From: an uncultured Candidatus Saccharibacteria bacterium
GTDB taxonomy: Bacteria; Patescibacteriota; Dojkabacteria; SC72; JAFGCJ01
Assembly (NCBI GenBank): GCA_964481345.1
Contig: CAYZTC010000001.1
Coordinates: forward strand, 7,766 to 71,765
DNA length: 64,000 nucleotides
Reading direction: 5' to 3'
How positions within the stretch are numbered: position 1 is the stretch's first letter; each line of letters begins with the position of its first letter. This document shows, piece by piece, positions 9,522 to 19,183 of the stretch. Made by a program: the position numbers and the translations under genes. Below the pieces are notes generated by a model. That model was not told where the DNA came from. It was given only the letters and a program-made list of their open reading frames with translations, and made no database searches.

Positions 9522-9794
9522 TTATTTAACAGCCACTTTTAAGCCCTTTCCTGCCTTAAATGCAGGAACTCTTGTTGCGGGAAGCTGAATTTTCTCCATT
9601 GTTTGAGGATTAATTCCAGCTCTTGATGCTCTCTCTCTAACCATGAATTTTCCAAATCCAGTAAGAAGGACACTATCGCCTTTCTTGAGAGCGTCAGTTA
9701 CAACACCGAGGAATGATTCTACAGCATCTCCAGCTGCCTTCTTGGTCAAGCCTGTCCTTGCTGCTACTTCCTCTATTACGTCTCTCTTTAACAT
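9522..9794 (-). CDS. hup: DNA-binding protein HU
   Basis: MLKRDVIEEVAARTGLTKKAAGDAVESFLGVVTDALKKGDSVLLTGFGKFMVRERASRAGINPQT… The start was moved to the internal ATG at 9794, which is preceded by a strong SD (AAGAAAGGAGGAG); the track's longer ORF to 9851 is unlikely. Confidence 0.85.
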   Translation of the reverse strand: MLKRDVIEEVAARTGLTKKAAGDAVESFLGVVTDALKKGDSVLLTGFGKFMVRERASRAGINPQTMEKIQLPATRVPAFKAGKGLKVAVK

Positions 9795-9884
9795 TTGATG
9801 TCTCCTCCTTTCTTTGTGATTTAACATGAGCTTTTTTGCTTCACGTCGCATAAAATGTATCTAAAAACGCGAAAAATGTCAATA

Positions 9885-10679
9885 CTAAAGCACTTTGTTT
9901 ATTCTTCGAATTTTTGAGCAGCTTTTTCCTGAATCTATCTCTAAAATTACAGCGTCAAAGCGGCATTTTCCGGACTCGTCGATATCGTACGCAGGAGCAT
10001 AAGGGTATTTCAGCTGCTGGAAAATTATTTCAGGTTTAACCCAAAGTGCTGAATCCAAAGGTCCAACCATACCAATATCTGTAATATATCCACTGCCATT
10101 TGGAAGCACTCTTTCGTCTGCAGTAGGCACATGGGTGTGAGTACCAACTACTGCACTCACCTTCCCATCAAACATAAGTCCAAGTGATATCTTTTCAGAT
10201 GTGGCCTCTGCATGAACCTCGATAATACTTGCAGCAAGATTCTCCTTTTCTGTCTCCTTAATCATATTTTCAAGAGGGCGTATCATATCACCAGTTACAT
10301 TTTCATTATGAAAAAAAGCCCTTCCAAGAACAATAGAAAAAAGCACCTTTCCTTTCTTTCCCAGGTCCACAATCTCATATCCCTTTCCAGGTATGTCAAC
10401 GGGATAGTTGATAGGTCTTATTACTGGATACTCTCCACTAAGAAGTACTTCAAAATCAAGCCTTCTCCAAATATGATTCCCAGCGGTCATAAAATCGACT
10501 CCATAAGACATAATTTCCTTCACAGTTTTTTCTGTTGCTCCTTTCCCATGTGCTAGGTTTTCAATATCGCACACAACAAGATCAATCTTCTCCTTTTTCC
10601 GAATACTGGGAATTACCTTAGAAAGAGAATCCCTTCCAGGTGAGCCACATACATCACCTGTATACAATACCTTAATCAT
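9885..10679 (-). CDS. ymdB: YmdB-like metallophosphoesterase (2',3'-cNMP phosphodiesterase family)
   Basis: MIKVLYTGDVCGSPGR…DLVVCDIENLAHGKG…GVDFMTAGNHIW… matches the YmdB/TIGR00282 family; lies immediately downstream of rny as in Bacillus. Confidence 0.75.
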   Translation of the reverse strand: MIKVLYTGDVCGSPGRDSLSKVIPSIRKKEKIDLVVCDIENLAHGKGATEKTVKEIMSYGVDFMTAGNHIWRRLDFEVLLSGEYPVIRPINYPVDIPGKGYEIVDLGKKGKVLFSIVLGRAFFHNENVTGDMIRPLENMIKETEKENLAASIIEVHAEATSEKISLGLMFDGKVSAVVGTHTHVPTADERVLPNGSGYITDIGMVGPLDSALWVKPEIIFQQLKYPYAPAYDIDESGKCRFDAVILEIDSGKSCSKIRRINKVL

Positions 10680-10696
10680 TACTTTAATTTCACAAA

Positions 10697-12241
10697 TTAT
10701 TTTGCAGTACTCATCGCTCTGCTCTCCCTAACGATAGTAACCTGTACAGTGCCTGGAAATGTCTGAGTCTTTTGAATTTCATCAGAAATCTTTTTTGCAA
10801 GCACAACAATCTCATCATCATCGACGATATCAGGCTTAACTATTACTCTCACCTCTCTACCTGCATGTATTGCATAAATTTCAGAGGCTTTATTACCAGA
10901 TATTTTTTTGGCAACATCTTCTATACTCTTAACCCTTTTTACATAGTTCTCATAGCTATCTTTCCTTGCCCCAGGTCTTGCACCAGAAATTGCATCTGCA
11001 AGGTAAACAACAACAGCCTCAATAGTTTCTGCCTCCACATCCAGATGATGTGCCTCAATTGCATTCACAAGCTCCTCTGGAAGTTTGTACTTTCTCGCAA
11101 TTTCAGCACTTATGTGATGATGCTGACCCTCAACTTTATGAGAGACAACTTTCCCAACATCGTGAAGTAAGCATGCCCTTTTTACTAAGGAAACATTTGC
11201 ATCAACCTCTTTTGCAATTGCCTCGCCAAGTCTAATTACCTCAATAGTATGCTCTACCAAGGTCTGCCCGTAACTAGACCTGTATTTCATTTTTCCAAGA
11301 AGTTTAAGTAGCCCATCATCTATAGACTGCCAGTCAGCTTCGTCTGCAAGAAGTTGCCCAGTTTTTCTAATCTCCTTAGAGACTTCAGATTTTGCTTTTT
11401 CAACAAGCTCCTCGATCCTTCCAGGATGAATCCTTCCATCTTTTATCAACGTATTCATCGTGATCACTGCAATATGTCTTCTTAACGGATCAAAAGAGGA
11501 AATTGCAATTGCTTCTGGTGATTCATCAACTATCACATCTACCCCCGTAGCTTTTTCAAATGCTCTAATATTCCTTCCTTCTTTTCCAATAATCCTTCCC
11601 TTGATTTTTTCATCATTAATCTTTATCGTAGAAACTGTAGTTTCACCTACATAATCAGTCGCTACACTTTGCATAGCGTTAACTAGGATCTCCTTTGCCT
11701 TATCTTCTGATTCACTTTGAACTTTCTTTTCTGCCTCCCTAATCTTTTGAGCAGTGTATTCATTTAGATCCTCTCCCACCTGTTTTTTTAGAAGCTCTTC
11801 TGCTTCAGACCTAGAAAGTTTTGAGATCTCTTCTAGTTTTTTTGCTAGATCTTTTCTGTCCACAAGTATCAGATTCCTTTCCTTTTCAAGCCTAGTTCTA
11901 TATTTATCAATCTTGTCTAGTTGAGTTTGTACGTTTGCTTCTTTCTCAATCAACCTTGACTCTCTACCAGAAATCTTTTTATCAATTTCGTGAGCTTCAT
12001 TTCTGATCCTTCTTGCTTCGCCTTTTGCACTTTGGACAATTTGGTTTGATTTGTTTTCTGTTTTTTCCAGAATTTGTTTTGCTTTTCCACTAGCAATCTT
12101 TACTGCTTCACCCTCAGTCATTTTCGGCTTTCTAATTACACTCTTTTTAATAACACTTCTAGGCTTCTTAGTTATTAAATAAGCCGTAGTACCTATACCT
12201 GCGACTGAGATGATACCTAACACGACAATTAATGCTGTCAT
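10697..12241 (-). CDS. rny: Ribonuclease Y
   Basis: 514 aa. N-terminal TM, coiled-coil, KH domain and HD domain (…RACLLHDVGKVVSHKVEGQHHHISAEIARKY…AHH). Confidence 0.85.
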   Translation of the reverse strand: MTALIVVLGIISVAGIGTTAYLITKKPRSVIKKSVIRKPKMTEGEAVKIASGKAKQILEKTENKSNQIVQSAKGEARRIRNEAHEIDKKISGRESRLIEKEANVQTQLDKIDKYRTRLEKERNLILVDRKDLAKKLEEISKLSRSEAEELLKKQVGEDLNEYTAQKIREAEKKVQSESEDKAKEILVNAMQSVATDYVGETTVSTIKINDEKIKGRIIGKEGRNIRAFEKATGVDVIVDESPEAIAISSFDPLRRHIAVITMNTLIKDGRIHPGRIEELVEKAKSEVSKEIRKTGQLLADEADWQSIDDGLLKLLGKMKYRSSYGQTLVEHTIEVIRLGEAIAKEVDANVSLVKRACLLHDVGKVVSHKVEGQHHHISAEIARKYKLPEELVNAIEAHHLDVEAETIEAVVVYLADAISGARPGARKDSYENYVKRVKSIEDVAKKISGNKASEIYAIHAGREVRVIVKPDIVDDDEIVVLAKKISDEIQKTQTFPGTVQVTIVRESRAMSTAK

Positions 12242-12507
12242 CTCAATAAATAATTAAATTAAGCGCAAGGAAATAGTGGGGAATACTAAACACTCACAAA
12301 TAGCCACTAGGGCTTCATATAAGGCTACTTTCGAGGTATATTAGTCATTTTTTTGTTCCAAATTTCAATATACTTTCAATAATCGTCTTTTTTTTCTCTA
12401 CTCTATGTCTACCTTACAAAAACACTTACATTAAAACACTATCCTCACTTATTCCTAACATGCGAATGATATCACTATGAATACCTCCGGTCAATAACTT
12501 ACACAGA

Positions 12508-13530
12508 TTACTCATCCTGAAGGCTCTTCATTAAATCTGAATAGTAGGTAAGATTATGGATGGTAGCAAGACTTTGACATGCAATCTCTCCAGATCTAAA
12601 AAGATGATGAAGATATCCTCTTGAGTACTTTTGGCAAGCAAGACAGCCACATTTACTATCGATTGGCTTCAAATCATATTTATATCTAGTATTTTTTATT
12701 CTAATAATTCCTTTCCTTGTATATAAAAACCCATGTCTTGCATTTCTTGTAGGAAGTACACAATCAAACATGTTGTATCCCATTTTGTAACATTTTTTTA
12801 TATCATCAGGAGTACCTACTCCCATTGCATACTTTGGTTTATCATCCGGAAGAAGATTTACAGTATACCTCAAAATGTCTGAAACTAATCTTCTATCTCT
12901 ATCAATCGGCCATCCCCCAAAGCAGTATCCATCAAATCCAATACTTTTAAGTTGATCTGCACTTCTTTCCCTTAAAGATTTATGACTCCCTCCTTGTACA
13001 ACTGCAAACACTTTTACCTTACCTGAATATTTGGGATATTTTTTTATCAAATGATTTTTTCCTCTCTCCGCCCAATAAGTAGTGTTGTCAACCGACTTTT
13101 CTGCATTTTTAACGTCAACACCCTCAGATCTACAATCATCCAGCATTATCATCACATCTGAACCTATTGCCACTTGCATATCCACAGATATTTCAGGAGT
13201 AAGTTTGTGCTCACTTCCATCAACTGGTGACTTAAATACTGCACCATCATTAGTAACCTTACCCATTTTCTTTTTTTCATGTATTAAAGAAAAAACCTGA
13301 AATCCCCCAGAATCTGAGATCACTTTTCCACTCCAATTCATGAAACTCCTAATTCCACCTAGTTTCTTCATCCCATCAAGCCCAATTTTAGTAAGCAAAT
13401 GAAAAGTATTAACAACAAGCATCCTCGTACCTGTCTCTTCTACCTGCTGGGAATTCAACGTTTTTACTGCCCCCAAAGTAGCATCTGGCATAAATACTGG
13501 TAGTTTAAATCCTAGAAATTTTGAAATCAT
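12508..13530 (-). CDS. tgt: Queuine tRNA-ribosyltransferase (tRNA-guanine transglycosylase)
   Basis: TIM-barrel Tgt motifs (MLDDC, VQGG, GVGTPDD) and the zinc site CGCLACQKYSRGYLHHL. Confidence 0.8.
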   Translation of the reverse strand: MISKFLGFKLPVFMPDATLGAVKTLNSQQVEETGTRMLVVNTFHLLTKIGLDGMKKLGGIRSFMNWSGKVISDSGGFQVFSLIHEKKKMGKVTNDGAVFKSPVDGSEHKLTPEISVDMQVAIGSDVMIMLDDCRSEGVDVKNAEKSVDNTTYWAERGKNHLIKKYPKYSGKVKVFAVVQGGSHKSLRERSADQLKSIGFDGYCFGGWPIDRDRRLVSDILRYTVNLLPDDKPKYAMGVGTPDDIKKCYKMGYNMFDCVLPTRNARHGFLYTRKGIIRIKNTRYKYDLKPIDSKCGCLACQKYSRGYLHHLFRSGEIACQSLATIHNLTYYSDLMKSLQDE

Positions 13531-14591
13531 ATCGGTCCACCAATAAACAAGTCACCTTCTTGACGTTGAAGATCATCCTCAAGTTCTTCGGTTTCTTCAG
13601 GTTCTTCTTTTTCTTCTGAAACAATGACGTAGTTTGGATCTATAGGAGATACTATCATCAACACATCAGCACCAAATATCTGATCTAAAGAATCAATCTC
13701 TGCAACACCACTTCCATATCCAAGATACATAGGCAGAGCATATCCATTATCTTGATCAAAATATACCCAAGAACTTAAAAGCTCACTGATTCTTACCTCA
13801 GAAAGATAAGCTTCCTCTTGTATGGCTGGATGTAAATCAGAAAAACCGCTATCTGTTACTTCAAAACTTATGCTTTTGGGAAATGATTCAATGGTAAAAT
13901 TTTGAGATAACTCTTCGTCGTCCATTATGGGTACTCTTTCATATAATTCCACACCTGATAACATGAGTGCAGACATACTGTTTACCTTCCCGAAATTAGT
14001 AAGTTCTATCTGAAGTGCAGAACCATTTAAATGGTAGCTTGAAATATATGAGTTATAACCATCTACTTCATAGTCAATGTCAATTATTGCACTTCCATCA
14101 ATCACACTTGAAAGTACTCTAAATTCAGGAAGATCAGAAAAACCCTTATCATGAAGCTGTTTTACTGCATCATCAATATTATCATCTGAAATTTCACTAT
14201 CAAGCTGTATTCCAACATCTAGTGGAGTTTCAAAGGTAAAAAATGCAAGTCCTGTAGATGGATAAAAATAACAGTATCTAGACTCATCCCCATATTTATA
14301 TGAATCCTCATACTCATCACTATCAGTACTAAGACCTAACAACTGAAGAAGAGACTCAAAGTCCGATTTGTCATATGTATCTACCTGAAACACAGGAGCT
14401 GTACCATCAAGATTCCCATCAGCCAAAAGAGTTATATCTATCTCTGAATCATATGCCGTTAACGGAATCTCCACAGGAGTAGCCTTCAAAAAAGTCCCTC
14501 GTTGAAACCAGTAAATAAAAACAATAGAGGCAAGGAAGAATGCACCAACCACATACCAATATTCTTTTATAAAGATTATTATTTTCTTCAT
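13527..14591 (-). CDS. Hypothetical secreted/anchored acidic protein (cassette gene 4)
   Basis: 354 aa with an N-terminal TM (VVGAFFLASIVFIYWF), then a D/E/S-rich ectodomain. No motif recognised. Overlaps the tgt start by 4 nt. Confidence 0.4.
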   Translation of the reverse strand: MKKIIIFIKEYWYVVGAFFLASIVFIYWFQRGTFLKATPVEIPLTAYDSEIDITLLADGNLDGTAPVFQVDTYDKSDFESLLQLLGLSTDSDEYEDSYKYGDESRYCYFYPSTGLAFFTFETPLDVGIQLDSEISDDNIDDAVKQLHDKGFSDLPEFRVLSSVIDGSAIIDIDYEVDGYNSYISSYHLNGSALQIELTNFGKVNSMSALMLSGVELYERVPIMDDEELSQNFTIESFPKSISFEVTDSGFSDLHPAIQEEAYLSEVRISELLSSWVYFDQDNGYALPMYLGYGSGVAEIDSLDQIFGADVLMIVSPIDPNYVIVSEEKEEPEETEELEDDLQRQEGDLFIGGPI

Positions 14592-14600
14592 GTGTATTTC

Positions 14601-17600
14601 CTAATTACACTTATTTCCTATTGTTGCTCCAGTAATAAATGAACGTACCTGACTTGCACATGCAGTACCAGAAAGTGCCTTACCTTTAGCTATTTCATCC
14701 AGCTCGGACTTAGTACACTTCCCTGAATCAAGTAACGACTGGGATACCTGAAGTCCCCTCATACAATACCCTGACGAAGTAGAAAACATATAATGACCAC
14801 CGTTCCCTGATAAATGCTCCGCACCCCACTCCCTATGACGAAGATAAGGCCAATTTGAAATACTTCCATTACTATGCTGTACCTGATGTGCAATCTCATG
14901 TCTAAATAAACCAGTCAGCATTGCACTACTTGCACTCAATATTTCATCTGGTAAGCACGATATTACCCCTGCTCCACTCCAACACCATGCTCCCGCTTCA
15001 GTTAACCTTCCGTACAATCCAGATCCAGGATATAAAAACTCTAGTCTTGCATTCACACCAAACTCTGCTGCTACTTGATTCAAAATATCAAATGCTGTAC
15101 CAGAAAGTACACTTCCACCATATGACATACTTCCTCCAGTATAGTTTGGATATACCGACCCACCCGTACCAACACACAGCTGACCTGTCGCTCTACTTGG
15201 ATCCTTTATTTTTGAAGGTAGTGAGGCACCTGGCTTAATCCATTGATATATCTCTTTTATTCCGGGGTTATCACCTTTTCCATTAAGATACTCAGGTCCA
15301 GTAATGCCGTTTACATCCCGAGTAGCATCGCAAGTACCAGTCAGATATCTTGTAGCCCATGATGTCCAGTAATCAAGTCCTGGACAGCTATAGTTGTGGC
15401 TGAGTGCCATAAAGGTATTTACTTGAGAATTGAAGTCCTCAGCTGGTGTAACACCATCGTTAATCCCAAAATCTTGCACAGGAAGACTGCTGGAGTCGTA
15501 GTTGCTGGCTCCGGACTCATGTAGCCAGATTAATAGTGCAAATGCAGGATCGACACCTTTGGACAGAGCCCTACATATCACATCGTTATAGCATTCATCT
15601 GCATAGTTAACACCGCCTGTCCATCTATCCGCAAGATCCCCGAAAACCTCTTTACTTATTATTCCAGGAATATTTTGATCTGGAAGTGTTTGATTACAAT
15701 TGATTTTTCCATCGCTATAGTCAGGAAAATCAAAATCCACCGGGCCATACACAAGATGACCACTTGTAAAATCAACCGGCTCACTTAGATATGGCTGGGC
15801 TAGAGTCTGCTTTCCAAAAAAACTTAACCCTGCCGATCCTAAAATTAAACCAATACTAAATAATCCGAGAACTATCAAGGCTATAAACTCAATTAATGGC
15901 TTCAAGAAAAATTCTCCAAGTTTCCATCCCATTTTTATTGCCCAATCAGCAACAAAAGCTGCTATATTCCCTATTCCAGGAATAATGCTACCAAGTGCTT
16001 GAACAAGTACCTTCTGAATAACACTAGTAAGAAGTTGCTTAAAGGGCATCTTAAGCAATTGCCCTACAGTCATCTGGGAAAAATCTGAGAGATATCTCTG
16101 CGCAAACTTTGCAAAAGGCCTCTTCAAAGCATTAGCGATACCTCTTCCAAGTTTATTATTTGCAAAGTCCTCAAGTTTCTTTTTGACGTGAAAAAGAAAC
16201 TGACCTGGCATAATTTTTGCCAATCTTTCTGCAATATGAGGGGGCATCCTTCCCATATCACTAAGTTTTTTCCAGAATCTCCCATCCCAAAAGATACCTT
16301 TTGCGATATTTACTGGATGCCAGTAGTAATATGCATTTGCTACCTTGCCCAGTATATTGTTCTTCCCCTCAAGCCAGCTAAGTCCAAACTCACGATCACC
16401 TGGAACGATTCTACTTTCATATTTAGTAGCAAAATGGTCTAGTGCACCACTTAGCCAGAGATCATTCTTATAATCAAATAGGGTTCCCATCATTAAGCTT
16501 CCAAGAAACTTTCCCTTCAGCTCATCCTTTATCCACGACCTAAGGTACATCCCCTGACCTATCCTTCCCCCTATAGACCCTAAAAAGCCTCCTCTTCCAC
16601 CCAGCACTCTCTGAACAAACTGGCTTCTAAAGGCTAAAGCCTTATTAATCTGTCTCTGGGTAAAATTGCCGCTAGATCTCATGTACCCAATTTCCTCATC
16701 CAGCTTTCTTATCACGCTTTGAGTAGATGCATATCGAATTCGGGCTGTTGTATCAGAATCCTTTTCTTCCACAACTCTCTGGCCAGCTACATATCTGACT
16801 GTTTTTTCTATCTTAGTATAATACCCAAGATCATCATAAATACTAGAGTCACCCCATATCCCATCCACAGATCTAACTAGGTTATCACCAGAGATATTTA
16901 TTCCAGCTCTTGGCTGGATACTGGCTAAATGATTTCCTAAGGCCTGTCTTCTCCGATTTTTATCAGTTAAACTACCAGTATCTCTAACTCCAGTGATAAA
17001 CTGGCTCCTCAAACTCCTCTTTTCTGCACTAGTCAGTAGAATTCCATTCTCCCTTTCGTACTGCTTTATTGCTGCATCTATCTCTGAGTTCCAACCTCTA
17101 GACAGAGCACCTACACTTCCAGCCCTTGGCTCAGCACCAAGTCCTGTCTGATCACCAGTTACTGCATCCCAATGCGACGATAGATCCCTCGACCGTCCAC
17201 GCGTCACCCTTCCACCACCAGGATGGTCTGCCCCAAAACGAAGGGGACTGTACGGACCATAGCCAGTAGCATCATGCATCGTGCTACCAAGATCAAAGGC
17301 AAACCCAGTACTAAAACCAGCATGTTTAGCGTATAGGGAAGAATAAGCTGATTCAAGATATCTCAAATTACCTGTCCATTTGGCAAGTTTTTGATAATCT
17401 TGATACTTTTTCCAGGCAGCATTTATTACTCCCCTTGGATTTGCTACAAATTGAGCAAGAGAGGCAGGTCCAACCTGCATCTTAAATCCTGGAACAGGCT
17501 CTACTTTTACTCGGGATGCAAGGTCTATTTGAAAATTGAAGTCATCAATAAGCTTTTCTGCCGGATATACTACAGGGCGACCTGCAATTTCTGCCAATCC

Positions 17601-17723
17601 TTTTCCTACTCCTGACAGTCCAGAAATATCTACTCCCTCAAGCGGATTTCCACCTTTTGCTTTTTTCGTAGAAAAGATAAAATCAAAAAGCGAACTGTAT
17701 ACTTCATCTTTATCTTTTGGCAT
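14601..17723 (-). CDS. Giant membrane-associated protein with HExxH zincin-like motif and lysozyme/SLT-like segment (cassette gene 3)
   Basis: 1040 aa. Central TM helices (…IEFIALIVLGLFSIGLILGSAGLSFFG…), a C-terminal Cys-rich region with …AFALLIWLHESGASNYD… (lytic-transglycosylase-like) and …LFRHEIAHQVQH (HExxH). No NTPase motifs. Local GC content appears higher than in flanking sequence. Confidence 0.45.
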   Translation of the reverse strand: MPKDKDEVYSSLFDFIFSTKKAKGGNPLEGVDISGLSGVGKGLAEIAGRPVVYPAEKLIDDFNFQIDLASRVKVEPVPGFKMQVGPASLAQFVANPRGVINAAWKKYQDYQKLAKWTGNLRYLESAYSSLYAKHAGFSTGFAFDLGSTMHDATGYGPYSPLRFGADHPGGGRVTRGRSRDLSSHWDAVTGDQTGLGAEPRAGSVGALSRGWNSEIDAAIKQYERENGILLTSAEKRSLRSQFITGVRDTGSLTDKNRRRQALGNHLASIQPRAGINISGDNLVRSVDGIWGDSSIYDDLGYYTKIEKTVRYVAGQRVVEEKDSDTTARIRYASTQSVIRKLDEEIGYMRSSGNFTQRQINKALAFRSQFVQRVLGGRGGFLGSIGGRIGQGMYLRSWIKDELKGKFLGSLMMGTLFDYKNDLWLSGALDHFATKYESRIVPGDREFGLSWLEGKNNILGKVANAYYYWHPVNIAKGIFWDGRFWKKLSDMGRMPPHIAERLAKIMPGQFLFHVKKKLEDFANNKLGRGIANALKRPFAKFAQRYLSDFSQMTVGQLLKMPFKQLLTSVIQKVLVQALGSIIPGIGNIAAFVADWAIKMGWKLGEFFLKPLIEFIALIVLGLFSIGLILGSAGLSFFGKQTLAQPYLSEPVDFTSGHLVYGPVDFDFPDYSDGKINCNQTLPDQNIPGIISKEVFGDLADRWTGGVNYADECYNDVICRALSKGVDPAFALLIWLHESGASNYDSSSLPVQDFGINDGVTPAEDFNSQVNTFMALSHNYSCPGLDYWTSWATRYLTGTCDATRDVNGITGPEYLNGKGDNPGIKEIYQWIKPGASLPSKIKDPSRATGQLCVGTGGSVYPNYTGGSMSYGGSVLSGTAFDILNQVAAEFGVNARLEFLYPGSGLYGRLTEAGAWCWSGAGVISCLPDEILSASSAMLTGLFRHEIAHQVQHSNGSISNWPYLRHREWGAEHLSGNGGHYMFSTSSGYCMRGLQVSQSLLDSGKCTKSELDEIAKGKALSGTACASQVRSFITGATIGNKCN

Positions 17724-17743
17724 TTATACAAAACTACACCAGT

Positions 17744-19159
17744 TTAGCTACCAAACAAACCACCTACTAATGGAATCTTACTTGCAGACTTTTGAATATC
17801 TTGAGAAGCCTTTGCTGATCCAGGAGACTGCTTAAGTTGAAATATATCCTCTACTAGTGTAGGTGCACTTGCTGCAACAAAGTAGCCTGCAAGTATAATG
17901 GCACCCTTCAACTGAATAACTGGGCTTCCAGTACTTGATCCCCCTCCCATAAATCCTGAAAAATTTCCACCCAGTGGATTCGTAATATTCGGACTTCCAA
18001 TGTATCTGAAAAGATTGATTATCAAGAACACAAACGGAAATACAAGTGAATTTACAAGAAGTCTTTTTATCCAGTTTGTTACATTAGTCTTACCCCCCGG
18101 AAGCGACCCAATCAACAGATATATTGGTCCAAGTACTAGATCCATTACAATTTTTATGTATGACATCACTAAAGTGAAAAATAGCTTGAAGGCCGCATAA
18201 AGTGCCACAAATCCCAATATTACAGTAAGAATTATTTTCAAAGAACCAGTTACAATATCAACCAAAACCTTAATTGCACCACTTAAAAATCCTGTTTGCG
18301 GAGTAGCCCAAGTAGCACCTGTTGCACTACCGAATGCATCCCGTGCCATCTGGAGTGGACCACCAATTGGTACAGAATCAAATCCAGGTAGTGCACCATC
18401 CAACTGATTATCTATTACACGAGTAACAAGTCGGCTAATATCTATTGCAAACCCTACTATTGCAAAACTGAAAGTGACAAGCACTAGTCCTACCAATATC
18501 GAGGGAAGTGAATTCATTACAGTAACAGCCACCTGACCCCCAATTTTTGTCCTGAACATTATCATAAATCCTGTAGCAACAAGTATTAAGACAAACCCAA
18601 CATATGCAATATTTCTAAACATTAACCATACTTGCTCTACTCCCAAGTCTTGAAGATGAGAATATCCGGTATCAGCTGCAAGCACTGAAACAGATGCCCC
18701 GTCAGCACCAGGAATCCACTGCCTTGCAAGATGTGAGGGAATATCAACCCCAGGCGGATTGTACAATAGTGCAGTTACCTGCTCATCAGTAGTATTTATC
18801 AAACCTGCTCTAGTTGAAGAAGACAAATCAGAACGGTTTACCCCCGCCGAAACACCCCCACCATCAAATGAGTCAGTCCCAAATTGAAGAACTGCCATAT
18901 CTATAAAGAAACTATTCCTTGTGGCTGTACCAGTAGTAGCACTACTCATGGTATCACCAGTAACATACACTGTAGCATTTTGACCCTCTTGGAAGACCTC
19001 TGCTGCATTTAAGAATGGTTCTGTCGTCTCATCATCCTGTGCAAGAACAACTGAAAAAGAACTCAGTACAAATACTTGAGTCAGTATGAGAGCAATAATC
19101 GATGGAAGATACTTAGTATTTTTCTTAAACCATCTGAATATTTTCATTATTTTGTTCAT
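17744..19159 (-). CDS. Polytopic membrane protein with signal peptide and S/T/G-rich ectodomain (TrbL/VirB6-like topology) (cassette gene 2)
   Basis: 471 aa. N-terminal signal, then a ~170-aa extracytoplasmic domain, then at least 6 TM helices. Confidence 0.4.
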   Translation of the reverse strand: MNKIMKIFRWFKKNTKYLPSIIALILTQVFVLSSFSVVLAQDDETTEPFLNAAEVFQEGQNATVYVTGDTMSSATTGTATRNSFFIDMAVLQFGTDSFDGGGVSAGVNRSDLSSSTRAGLINTTDEQVTALLYNPPGVDIPSHLARQWIPGADGASVSVLAADTGYSHLQDLGVEQVWLMFRNIAYVGFVLILVATGFMIMFRTKIGGQVAVTVMNSLPSILVGLVLVTFSFAIVGFAIDISRLVTRVIDNQLDGALPGFDSVPIGGPLQMARDAFGSATGATWATPQTGFLSGAIKVLVDIVTGSLKIILTVILGFVALYAAFKLFFTLVMSYIKIVMDLVLGPIYLLIGSLPGGKTNVTNWIKRLLVNSLVFPFVFLIINLFRYIGSPNITNPLGGNFSGFMGGGSSTGSPVIQLKGAIILAGYFVAASAPTLVEDIFQLKQSPGSAKASQDIQKSASKIPLVGGLFGS

Positions 19160-19183
19160 CTATATAGTAAATAAATTAAGATC

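Noticed and set aside
12242-12507. Terminator between tgt and rny
   Set aside because: There are only weak 4-5 bp stems without U-tracts; nothing convincing.
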